Positions 35,627 to 43,518 of a DNA stretch of 51,553 bases are shown here, piece after piece. Below the pieces are notes generated by a model that saw nothing but the letters and a program-made list of their open reading frames with translations, ran no database searches and was not told the origin of the DNA. Origin of the DNA: a bacterium. GTDB lineage: Bacteria; Verrucomicrobiota; Kiritimatiellia; UBA8416. Location of the stretch: the NCBI GenBank assembly GCA_020048935.1, contig JAIFLS010000029.1:1-51553 (forward strand). The letters run 5' to 3'. The first letter of the stretch is position 1, and each line of letters starts with the position of its first letter. The position numbers and the translations under genes were made by a program.

Positions 35627-38212
35627 ATGATGATCATGCAGATTGCCCACCATGCTGATCATAGCGAGGCCCTGACCGGTCTTCGCGCCGAGGATATCCA
35701 CCAGTGGATTGACGGATTCTTTGATGCCGATAGCTTCAACGATTTCCAACAGTCCGGACAGCGGCCGGATTTCGATCCGTACAACCACCGCAAATACCGT
35801 CACTGCGCAGAGGCCCTCGACGATGCGTATCGTATCTTCGGGGGGAACTACAGTCCCGATCAGATCAAGGCCGTTTTCGAGAGCCACATCCGGGACGACT
35901 ACCAGGGTTACATCCCGAGCCAGGAGGATTTTGAAAACGGGACCTTCACTGAAAAATATCACGAAAGCGGAGGTGGAGAGGACCTGAAGTCCATCCTGAG
36001 CGAGACGGAGCTGGCCGATTATTTCAAAGGTAAGGCCTACCTGCCAAACTGTGCCCCTCGGGTTTCCGCCCGGTTCTACTGGCGCATTCTCTGGCCGACC
36101 GTATTTGCCGCCATCCTGTTTGCCGTCTCCTCGCTCTCTATGATCGTGCCGCTGGTCAGGCAGACCATGCTGGAACAGAAAAAAAACCAGATACGTGAAT
36201 TAACGCGCACGGCCGCCAGCACGATTGCTTTTTTTGTGCATCAGGAAAAGAGCGGCCAGATGACCCGCGCCGCCGCGCAGGCCGAGGCTGCTGCTGAACT
36301 GGCCCAGTTGCGCTACGGGGATGATGGCAAGGACTATTTCTGGATTACCGACATGCATCCGGTGATGGTCATGCACCCTTACCGGCCCGATTTGACCGGA
36401 CGGGACCTGACTGATTACGCCGACCATGAGGACAAGAGCGGAAAGCGGTTGTTCGTTGAATTCGTTAAGCTTGTGCAGAATGCCGGTGATGGCTATCTGG
36501 CCTATGACTGGCAGTGGAAAGACGATCCGTCGCGGATTGCGCCCAAACTCTCGTACGTCCGCGGTATTCCGGAGTGGGGATGGATTATCGGTACCGGCAT
36601 CTACATCCAGGATATCGAAGCGGAAATGGCCAGACTGTCCCGGAAGCTGCTGACGGCGGATGCCTTGATCTTTCTTGCTCTGTTTGTGATTCTCGGTTAT
36701 CTGCTTCTTCAGAGCAGGAAGATCGAGCAGGAACGGCATCGTGCCGAACAGGGGCTTAGGGAAGCGAAAGACCGCTATCGCGCGCTTGTCGATGCTTCCG
36801 GCGAGGGATACCTGCTCGAAATCGACGGCAAGACTATTTATTCCAACCAGACCATCCAGACGATGACCGGCTACAGCGAGGCCGAGCTGGCATCGATGGA
36901 TATCGTCAACCTGCTCGCCCCGGGGGTCGAGGTGAATGCCTTTGCCGCAGGCCATCTGCGTAAACTGTACAAGGGCGAAGCGTCTTCCGCCGTCTTTGAT
37001 GTCGTGCTCAAGACCAAGGCGGGGCGGGTTCTGGATGTCCAGGCCTCCTCTTCGCGCATATTCCTTTCCCAGAAGAACGGCCATGTGATTGCCTTCCGCA
37101 GCCTGAACCGCAGTCATGAAGGAACCCTGCGCGGTTTTCATCACCCCGTAGCCACCACGCTGGCCGATGATGATAGTCCCGGCCCGGATTTGCCGCTGCG
37201 CATTCGGCAATGCCTGACAGCCGGAGAGGTCCTGCATGCCCTTGAGGAGCTGCCTCGACGCATACGCATCCTGACGGATCGCGGCGTCCGTCCGGACTAT
37301 CTACGGCAACTGATTGGCGAAGCCTTTGACGCCTCCGTCCATCGGTTTGTCGCCTTGTCGCTGGAGGCCGCAGGCGAACCTCCGGTTTCCTTCGCGTTTC
37401 TTGCCCTTGGCAGCAATGCCCGGCATGAAATGACGCTTTTTTCCGATCAGGACAATGCACTTATCTTTGAAGACGTTCCTGAATCACGGTTGACCGATAC
37501 ACGGCGATGGTTCCTGCGGCTGGGTGACGAAGTATGCGGGCGGCTGCGTCAGGCGGGCTTTCCCTATTGCCCCGGCGGGATCATGGCGGCGAACCCGAAG
37601 TGGTGTCTCAGCCTGACGGAATGGAAGGGTCGTTTCGAGACATGGATCCGCGAGGCTTCGCCGCAGTCTATTCTCGAGGTCAATGTCTTTCTTGACCTCC
37701 GATGTGCGTTTGGCAGCGAGCCCCTTGTCCGTCAACTCAGGGACCATGTGCATTTGAAGACAGGGGAGCACCCGGAGTTCCTGATGCATTACGCCCGGAA
37801 CTGCCTGCTGTACAAGGCACCGCTCACGCTGTTCGGTCACCTGAAAGTCAACAGGCAGGACGGGAAGACGGCAATCAACCTCAAGGCGTGCATCAAGCCG
37901 TTCGAGACCTTTGCCCGGCTTTATGCCCTCAAGCTTAAGCTTTCGGAAACCGGGACGATTGACCGGATCCGGCAGCTTCGCCGTCTGGACGTCCTGCAGG
38001 AACAAACCGCACAGGAGATGTGCTATGCCCTTGACTACCTGTGGCGCCTTCGCTTCTACCATCAACTAGCCACCGAAGACGGCCTTGTCAACGACGAGCT
38101 GGACCTACAGTCACTGACCGATATCGAGCGCCAGAACCTGCAGAATGTCGTGGCTGCAATCCCTGCCTTTCAAACGCGGCTTAGCTACGATTTCCTCGGG
38201 GTGGCAGGCTGA
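35627..38212 (+). CDS. Membrane sensor: unknown N-terminal His-rich domain, TM, single-Cache domain, TM, PAS, DUF294 putative nucleotidyltransferase plus DUF294_C
   Basis: The N-terminus has IHQWIDGFFD...HRKYRHCAEAL...IFGG...HIRDDYQGYIP. The Cache-like part is YGDDGKDYFWITDMHPVMVMHPYRPDLTGRDL...GDGYLAYDWQWKDD...KLSYVRGIPEWGWIIGTGIY. The PAS part is RYRALVDASGEGYLL. The DUF294 part is FAFLALGSNARHEMTLFSDQDNALIFED. Confidence 0.8.
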   Translation: MMIMQIAHHADHSEALTGLRAEDIHQWIDGFFDADSFNDFQQSGQRPDFDPYNHRKYRHCAEALDDAYRIFGGNYSPDQIKAVFESHIRDDYQGYIPSQEDFENGTFTEKYHESGGGEDLKSILSETELADYFKGKAYLPNCAPRVSARFYWRILWPTVFAAILFAVSSLSMIVPLVRQTMLEQKKNQIRELTRTAASTIAFFVHQEKSGQMTRAAAQAEAAAELAQLRYGDDGKDYFWITDMHPVMVMHPYRPDLTGRDLTDYADHEDKSGKRLFVEFVKLVQNAGDGYLAYDWQWKDDPSRIAPKLSYVRGIPEWGWIIGTGIYIQDIEAEMARLSRKLLTADALIFLALFVILGYLLLQSRKIEQERHRAEQGLREAKDRYRALVDASGEGYLLEIDGKTIYSNQTIQTMTGYSEAELASMDIVNLLAPGVEVNAFAAGHLRKLYKGEASSAVFDVVLKTKAGRVLDVQASSSRIFLSQKNGHVIAFRSLNRSHEGTLRGFHHPVATTLADDDSPGPDLPLRIRQCLTAGEVLHALEELPRRIRILTDRGVRPDYLRQLIGEAFDASVHRFVALSLEAAGEPPVSFAFLALGSNARHEMTLFSDQDNALIFEDVPESRLTDTRRWFLRLGDEVCGRLRQAGFPYCPGGIMAANPKWCLSLTEWKGRFETWIREASPQSILEVNVFLDLRCAFGSEPLVRQLRDHVHLKTGEHPEFLMHYARNCLLYKAPLTLFGHLKVNRQDGKTAINLKACIKPFETFARLYALKLKLSETGTIDRIRQLRRLDVLQEQTAQEMCYALDYLWRLRFYHQLATEDGLVNDELDLQSLTDIERQNLQNVVAAIPAFQTRLSYDFLGVAG

Positions 38213-40050
38213 TCTTTCCTGCTCAGCAGCGAGACAATCACCAGCGTCAGGAAGCTGAGCGGGATCGAGATGATACCCGGCTGATTCAGTTGATGCAGGG
38301 CCGTGGTCTTGTCGAGACCGTACTGCGCATACATATCGGGCGATGTCAGGATGATGCCGAGGGCGGAAACCATACCCACGCCGATCGACCAGGCAATGCC
38401 CTTGGCCGTCGTGCGCTTCCAGAAGAGCAGCATGATGATCGACGGCAGGTTGGCCGACGCCGCGACGGCAAAGGCCCATCCTACCAGGAACGACACGTTC
38501 ATGCCCTGGAACAGGATGCCCAGGATGATGGCGATGACGCCCACGGAAAGAGCGGCGATCTTGCCGGCCTTGACCTTGCTATGGTCTGACATCTTCAGGC
38601 GCAGGAACTTATCCATCAAGTCGTGGGCAACCGCGCCGGAGGCGGCAACGATCAGGCCGGAAACCGTTCCCAGTACCGTCGCGAACGCGATGGCCGAGAT
38701 GATCGCGAAAAGCACGGGACTGAACGCCTTGGCCAGCAGCGGGGCCGACATGTTGTCATCGCCAAGATCGATCACACCCAGCGTCATCGCGCCGAGGCCC
38801 ATGAAGAGCGTCAGGACATAGAAGAACCCGATCGATCCGATCGCGACGATAGTCGATTTACGGGCATCGCGTTGCGACGGCACGGTGTAGTAGCGGATCA
38901 GGATGTGCGGCAGCGAGGCGGTTCCGAAGAAGAGGGCGAGCATCAGCGAAATGAAATTGAGTTTGCCGACACCGTCCTTGGTCTTGAATTTCTGGCCGGG
39001 AACCAGTAGGTCTTCGCCCTTGGTGATCACGGGACAGTACACGCTGACGGTTTCACCACCGACCACAAGCTTGGCCACCTTTGCCGCAGGGTAACGGACG
39101 ATCTCCGAACCCTGGATCGTTGAGAAGTACTTGAAGACCCCAACCGGACCGGTCTTGGTCTGGCCATCGGGCAGTTTGGCGACAAGGCCGACCGACTTGA
39201 AGCGGTTCGCTGTTTTCGGTGCCCCGTTATAGAGGGTTTCCCCGGCGGCGGTTCTGGTGATGGATTGGGCTTCCTCAAGCATATCGCCACTCTTGATCCA
39301 CCAGTTCGACAGGCCATCCTTCTCGAGCTTCACAAAGGTCAGCCCTGTTTTCGCATCCGCGATCTCAGCGGACGGCGTGACATCGGCCAGCGCGATAGTC
39401 TGCGGCGAGAAGGTTTCCGGCCGCGGTTCCGTGGACAGGCCCCGGTGCAGCACGGCAACGGAAAGCAGCGTCGAGAAGATGATCAGCAGGCCGCCCTTGA
39501 GGAACTGCACGTAGGTGGTCGACGTCATGCCCGCCGTCGCCACGATCGTGATGACGATCGCGCCGACCATCACCACGCCTATCCACTGGGGCAGACCGAG
39601 CAGCGGCGTGATGAGCGAACCCGCGCCAACCATCTGCGGGATCAGGTAGAAGATCGAGACGACGAGCGTGCTGATGGCCGCCATGAGCTGGATACCCTTG
39701 GAGTTGAACTTGAAGTCCAGCGCATCCGCGAAGGTGTACTTCCCGAGGCGTTTCATCGGTTCCGCGACAACGAAGAGGGCGACGATCCATCCGGCAAGAT
39801 AGCCGATCGAGTAGAGGAACCCGTCGTACCCCATGGTGGCGATCATGCCGCAGATGCCCAGGAACGAGGCGGCTGATAGGTAGTCACCAGCAAAGGCGAT
39901 GCCGTTGACGAACCAGTGGATGCTGCCGCCAGCCGCGAAATACCCTGAGGCCGATTTCGACTTGCGGGCGTAGTAGAACGACATGCCAAGGACAAACCCG
40001 ACGAAGGCAAGGAAGATGGCGATGGCAATGGGATTGGCGACGTAATTCAT
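38185..40050 (-). CDS. actP: Cation/acetate symporter (SSS family, ActP-like) with an enlarged extramembrane loop
   Basis: YFAAGGSIHWFVNGIAFAGDYLSAASFLGICGMIATMGYDGFLYSIGYLAGW, GTASLPHILIRYYT, AFATVLGTVSGL. A DUF485 gene lies immediately upstream, as in actP-yjcH loci. Confidence 0.85.
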   Translation of the reverse strand: MNYVANPIAIAIFLAFVGFVLGMSFYYARKSKSASGYFAAGGSIHWFVNGIAFAGDYLSAASFLGICGMIATMGYDGFLYSIGYLAGWIVALFVVAEPMKRLGKYTFADALDFKFNSKGIQLMAAISTLVVSIFYLIPQMVGAGSLITPLLGLPQWIGVVMVGAIVITIVATAGMTSTTYVQFLKGGLLIIFSTLLSVAVLHRGLSTEPRPETFSPQTIALADVTPSAEIADAKTGLTFVKLEKDGLSNWWIKSGDMLEEAQSITRTAAGETLYNGAPKTANRFKSVGLVAKLPDGQTKTGPVGVFKYFSTIQGSEIVRYPAAKVAKLVVGGETVSVYCPVITKGEDLLVPGQKFKTKDGVGKLNFISLMLALFFGTASLPHILIRYYTVPSQRDARKSTIVAIGSIGFFYVLTLFMGLGAMTLGVIDLGDDNMSAPLLAKAFSPVLFAIISAIAFATVLGTVSGLIVAASGAVAHDLMDKFLRLKMSDHSKVKAGKIAALSVGVIAIILGILFQGMNVSFLVGWAFAVAASANLPSIIMLLFWKRTTAKGIAWSIGVGMVSALGIILTSPDMYAQYGLDKTTALHQLNQPGIISIPLSFLTLVIVSLLSRKDQPATPRKS

Positions 40051-40334
40051 TATTTGGCCTCCGGTTTGGCGTTCATCTCATCTTCCTTCTTGATGCAGAA
40101 GTGGTTGTAGATGAGACCGAGGATGATCGCGAACAGGATGAGGAACATTCCGTAGATGATCGCCAGGTTGGTGCCCGCAAGCACCGGCTTCTTCATGGTT
40201 TCCGGCGAGAACACCGTGAGACCGACAAAGCCCATGTAAATGACGCTATACAGCCAGAACAGCTTGATGCCGAGCTTGGCCTTCCACTCGGACGAGTTGT
40301 CCTTCGCCTCTTTCGCCGCCGGTGCATGCAACAT
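40050..40334 (-). CDS. DUF485 (YjcH-like) small inner-membrane protein
   Basis: AAGGAGG RBS then the ATG at 40334. 94 aa with two TM segments (LFWLYSVIYMGFVGLTVF, LAIIYGMFLILFAIILGLIY). Its stop shares 1 nt with the actP start. Confidence 0.8.
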   Translation of the reverse strand: MLHAPAAKEAKDNSSEWKAKLGIKLFWLYSVIYMGFVGLTVFSPETMKKPVLAGTNLAIIYGMFLILFAIILGLIYNHFCIKKEDEMNAKPEAK

Positions 40335-40515
40335 GATGCCTCCTTGTGTTCTCGATAGGAAAACAAAAAGACGTGATTCTATTTGGATGGGAGTCCAATT
40401 GAAAGATAAATAATTAAACCGCAACGCGGACCAGGGCGGGATGCGATTATGGGATTGCTTGTTGTCGTGCGGGATGAAATAATCTTCGAGTGTTTCCGGG
40501 TTGACGAAAGGCAAG

Positions 40516-41409
40516 ATGAAACGCGGATTGGGCATAGCGCTGGTGAGACGCTTCGGGCAGATGGCGGTGTTTGCCGGCATCGGCCTTGTGGCAGGTGTGC
40601 GGGCCGAGGAGGATGCGACGCCCGGCAGGCTGGAGCACTGGGAGCACGTCGAGTGGGTGGAGCATCCCTCGAATGATGGTGACAGCTTCAGTGTGCGGTA
40701 CGACGGGGCTGAGTACCTGCTGCGCTTGTATTATGTGGATGCACCCGAGACGATCGCCAGCTCCGAAACGGATGCGCGGCGCGTACGAGATCAGTCGCGC
40801 TATTTCGGTCTGGAAAGTCATCGCGACACCGTACATTTCGGTCAGGCAGCGGCGGATTTCACGCGGACGATGCTGGCGAAGCCGTTCACGGTATACACGG
40901 TGCGCGCCACGGCACCGGGACGATCGGTCTCGCGGCGGATCTACGCGTTTGTGGAGACGTCCGACGGCGCGGATCTGGCCGCGCTGCTGGTCTCACGCGG
41001 TCTGGCACGCGCGTATGGTGTGCGCCGGGCCTTGCCGGACGGGACCTCGGCGGTGGATGCCGCGGAAGGATTCTCGGATCTGGAAAGCGCGGCCATGCTG
41101 GATCGGGCAGGTCTATGGGCGGCGTCGGATTCAAGGCGACTGATCGCTGCGCGGGCGGAGTCGCGCCAGGAGCTGGCGGAATTGCGCGATATCGATACCT
41201 CGATACGTTTTCCGGCGGGACCGATCGACATCAACACGGCCGGGCTTCGCGAGCTTGAAATGCTGCCGGGGGTGGGGCCGGTCACGGCCCGGAATATTGT
41301 GGCGCATCGGCCTTTCCACAAGCCGGAAGATCTGTTGCGGGTGCCGCGCATAACGGCGCTGACCGTCACAAACATCCTGCCGCATTTGAAGTGGGCGCCC
41401 GAAGACTGA
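40516..41409 (+). CDS. Secreted staphylococcal-nuclease-like (SNase/thermonuclease) domain fused to a ComEA-type helix-hairpin-helix DNA-binding domain
   Basis: Signal peptide MAVFAGIGLVAGVRA. SNase pattern NDGDSFSV....YLLRLYYVDAPE, LVSRGLARAYG, AGLWA. The C-terminal IDINTAGLRELEMLPGVGPVTARNIVAHRPF looks like ComEA HhH. Confidence 0.8.
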   Translation: MKRGLGIALVRRFGQMAVFAGIGLVAGVRAEEDATPGRLEHWEHVEWVEHPSNDGDSFSVRYDGAEYLLRLYYVDAPETIASSETDARRVRDQSRYFGLESHRDTVHFGQAAADFTRTMLAKPFTVYTVRATAPGRSVSRRIYAFVETSDGADLAALLVSRGLARAYGVRRALPDGTSAVDAAEGFSDLESAAMLDRAGLWAASDSRRLIAARAESRQELAELRDIDTSIRFPAGPIDINTAGLRELEMLPGVGPVTARNIVAHRPFHKPEDLLRVPRITALTVTNILPHLKWAPED

Positions 41410-41551
41410 GGCTTTTTGGTTAAGTCGAAACCTAGTATCGATTCCCTCTACCAAGACCGATTCATCTACACGAAATCCCACCACAACACCGCAAGCGCCC
41501 ATGCAAATTGGCAGCTGACCGGCCGCTGGGGGCTACGCTTCGACCAGCGCA

Positions 41552-41660
41552 TTCGGGATGGCGCTCCGCAATTTCCAGCAGACGCAGGGCAGGAGCGGAC
41601 GGTTTGCGGCGACCTTGTTCCCAACTGATTTCCGCCCGACTTGTGGGTAATAGTAAGGTG
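41552..41660 (-). pseudogene. Possible remnant of an XRE/HigA-type HTH antitoxin (C-terminal half only)
   Basis: The frame reads ..LLLPTSRAEISWEQGRRKPSAPALRLLEIAERHPE, which matches the common ..WEQGRR.P.G.A..LL.....P tail of HTH antitoxins. It has no start codon or N-terminal half. Confidence 0.3.
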
Positions 41661-41693
41661 GTGTGGCACTCGTGGCTGGCTGACTACCCTCAG

Positions 41694-42164
41694 TCAGTCA
41701 CGGGGAGCCGATTCGGAGGCTTTGAGTTCTTCCAAGGCCTCGGCATCTGCCAAATCCTTAGTTCTGCCCGATGCGCGCTTGTTGGTGACAAGGTCATCAA
41801 CCGAGGGAATCCGCACCTGGATTCCCTCAATCTCCACAATCAATGAATTCCTGAATGTAGGCTCAAACTGCAGTCCCGAGGCGGCGGTGATGATATCGAT
41901 CCGTCTTGGAGCAACACCGATTTGAAACACCGTTCCCTCTTTCTCAAAATCGGCTCTGCTGACATTGTGCAGGGGAGCACCGAAGCGAAGAAGTGCCCGC
42001 AAAACACCATCAGCATTGTCTGGTGACGGCAACACCCAGATATCAATGTCCATTGTTGCCCGCGGATACCCGTAGGCAGCTAAGGCGTATGCCCCTACGA
42101 GAAGGAAATTAACCTTCTCGTCGACTAATGCCTGCAACATGTCTCTGTAATCTTCGTTCAACAT
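41694..42164 (-). CDS. Nucleotidyltransferase-fold protein (DUF6036/AbiEii-like), putative toxin-antitoxin-type cassette gene
   Basis: VNFLLVGAYALAAYGYPRATMDIDIWV (NTase G-x/DxD-like core), ..RIDIITA.., IPSVDDLVTNKRASGRTKDLADAEAL. Confidence 0.6.
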   Translation of the reverse strand: MLNEDYRDMLQALVDEKVNFLLVGAYALAAYGYPRATMDIDIWVLPSPDNADGVLRALLRFGAPLHNVSRADFEKEGTVFQIGVAPRRIDIITAASGLQFEPTFRNSLIVEIEGIQVRIPSVDDLVTNKRASGRTKDLADAEALEELKASESAPRD

Positions 42165-42300
42165 TATGACGTTTGCTCAGCGATGCGACTTCACGGGTGA
42201 GGGGCCAAACGAGACCGATTCGTTCTGCAGGCGTCCCGGGTACTATCTCGTTGGCCGGGGCGCCCGTCATTCGAAATGTAACTGTGTGCGTGCGATCCAT
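42109..42300 (-). CDS. Small partner protein of the nucleotidyltransferase (63 aa)
   Basis: ATG at 42300. MDRTHTVTFRMTG...PAERIGLVWPLTREV....RLQRHV.. It overlaps the downstream NTase ORF by 56 nt in another frame. Confidence 0.45.
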   Translation of the reverse strand: MDRTHTVTFRMTGAPANEIVPGTPAERIGLVWPLTREVASLSKRHNVERRLQRHVAGISRREG

Positions 42301-42345
42301 ATAATAATAGTACCAATATTCGCGATTGCAGCAATCTTTATCTAT

Positions 42346-42390
42346 CCCGCCAGCCAGTAGCCAGTGTTGCACTGGCTACTGGCTGGCGGG
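42346..42390. repeat. Perfect 21-bp inverted repeat with a 3-nt loop
   Basis: cccgccagccagtagccagtg-ttg-cactggctactggctggcggg, read directly. No AAC/GTT ends and no T-tract. Confidence 0.9.
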
Positions 42391-42525
42391 CCCTATTAAT
42401 TTCCTATTAATTTCTTTCTTTCCGAAATCAGACGCCGCGTATTCTTCTGTCCAATCAGGAGGAAGATATGCCAGAGCCACGCACGCGACAAATGCGGACA
42501 AAATGATTGCTATTGTTTTCTTCAT
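42376..42525 (-). CDS. Possible 49-aa lipoprotein/secreted peptide (below the ORF-track cutoff)
   Basis: The ATG at 42525 lies 8 nt after the attC-like site. MKKTIAIILSAFVACVALAY... has a lipobox-like FVAC. Its 3' end runs into the palindrome and a cctattaattt x2 repeat, so the C-terminus is doubtful. Confidence 0.35.
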   Translation of the reverse strand: MKKTIAIILSAFVACVALAYLPPDWTEEYAASDFGKKEINRKLIGPASQ

Positions 42526-42533
42526 ATTACTCA

Positions 42534-42604
42534 ACCCAACGTTATTTTGAGGGTTGAGATGAACCGCCGCGGTTCATCGAATACCCTCCAAAAACTGGTT
42601 AGGC
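42534..42604 (-). other. attC-like recombination site (71 bp)
   Basis: Plus strand reads ACCCAAC...GTTAGGC; minus strand reads GCCTAAC...GTTGGGT, matching RYYYAAC/GTTRRRY. The arms ttttgagggt/accctccaaaa are imperfect, with a central hairpin gatgaacc/ggttcatc. It lies 13 nt after the stop of 42618..42884. Confidence 0.7.
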
Positions 42605-42617
42605 CAATTCCTTGTCA

Positions 42618-42884
42618 CTAGCTTTTGTTTATCTTGGATAACTCTTCGGAGATCTCCTCCAATAGCCTAGTGATTGAGGCGCGATGATAGAGGTATGTAA
42701 ACAATGGGGTCCCAATGAAGGAGGGCAAGATTACTGCATTGAGTAAATTCTCCGAATGGAATTTCGAGGTGACTGCCACGACTAGCCCAACATATGAAAG
42801 ACAGGCAAATATAAGCATTAGGGGTGGGTACCATCTTGGATTCGGGGGCTCTCTTCGACTTCTAATTCTGGCTATGCGGTTCAT
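42618..42884 (-). CDS. Cassette ORF: small 2-TM membrane protein, unknown function
   Basis: AAGGAGG RBS. 88 aa with hydrophobic segments PLMLIFACLSYVGLVVAV and VILPSFIGTPLFTYL. Confidence 0.55.
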   Translation of the reverse strand: MNRIARIRSRREPPNPRWYPPLMLIFACLSYVGLVVAVTSKFHSENLLNAVILPSFIGTPLFTYLYHRASITRLLEEISEELSKINKS

Positions 42885-42903
42885 TGCAACCTCCTTTTAT
42901 GAT

Positions 42904-42967
42904 GCCTAACGTCGTGAATCAGACTTTGGCGCGCAAGCGACAATAGTCAGCATTCATCTTGTTGGGA
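42904..42967 (-). other. attC-like recombination site (64 bp)
   Basis: GCCTAAC (42904-42910) ... GTTGGGA (42961-42967). On the minus strand R' = GTTAGGC. The imperfect arms are gtgaatcagact/agtcagcattcat. It lies 3 nt after the stop of the 42971.. ORF. Confidence 0.7.
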
Positions 42968-42970
42968 ATC

Positions 42971-43441
42971 CTATTCATTCAAATCCAATGCCTCACCCTT
43001 GAGTTCGAGAAGCCGCTGGACTCGGGCCTGGAGCAGACGCAGCTTTGCCGCAGGCAAGGCTGCTTTGTAACCGGAGCCCCCCGACCAGCCGTTCGCCACG
43101 AATGTTGCTTCAAGATCTGCAAGCTCCTCCCACTTGGACTGGGCCTGATTGAAAAGGGCAAGCTGGTCGGGACTTCGTGCAGCGAGAAGCTTGCGATGCG
43201 AGGCTAGAATCTCCTCCATCCGCTTCGTCAGTACGTCGATTCCGTGGAGAGCCCGTGCCATCGTCTCAAGCGTGGATTGCCCGTCGCCCACATACTTCTG
43301 CCAGTCGTATTCTTCAGGAGGAGTCTTTGACCAGTCGGCCTGTGGAAGAACGCTGGGCTTTGGATGCTGATACGTGGGCGCAGGTGGACTTGAGACGCAC
43401 CCGACAAGGAAAAGCATGCCCATTATCAATATCTTCTTCAT
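42971..43441 (-). CDS. Cassette ORF: lipoprotein with a DUF1311 (LprI-like lysozyme-inhibitor) type domain
   Basis: MKKILIMGMLFLVGC lipobox. ..LALFNQAQSKWEELADLEATFVANGWSGGSGYKAALPAAKLRLLQARVQRL resembles DUF1311. I prefer the ATG at 43441 over the track's TTG at 43447. Confidence 0.65.
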   Translation of the reverse strand: MKKILIMGMLFLVGCVSSPPAPTYQHPKPSVLPQADWSKTPPEEYDWQKYVGDGQSTLETMARALHGIDVLTKRMEEILASHRKLLAARSPDQLALFNQAQSKWEELADLEATFVANGWSGGSGYKAALPAAKLRLLQARVQRLLELKGEALDLNE

Positions 43442-43449
43442 ATTCAATT

Positions 43450-43518
43450 CCCAACGTTTGCAATCATGGGATTTTCAACCCGCAGGGTTGAAAAGTACCA
43501 TGCAGTGCTTGGTTGGCC
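43450..43518 (-). other. attC-like recombination site (69 bp)
   Basis: CCCAAC (43450-43455) ... GTTGGCC (43512-43518). Central 10-bp hairpin ttttcaaccc/gggttgaaaa and imperfect outer arms. It overlaps the stop codon of 43518..43895. Confidence 0.7.

Noticed and set aside
38185-38212. 28-nt convergent overlap between the DUF294 sensor gene and the actP-like gene, considered as antisense regulation
   Set aside because: Short 3' overlaps are common in compact genomes, and there is no additional structure to support a specific mechanism.
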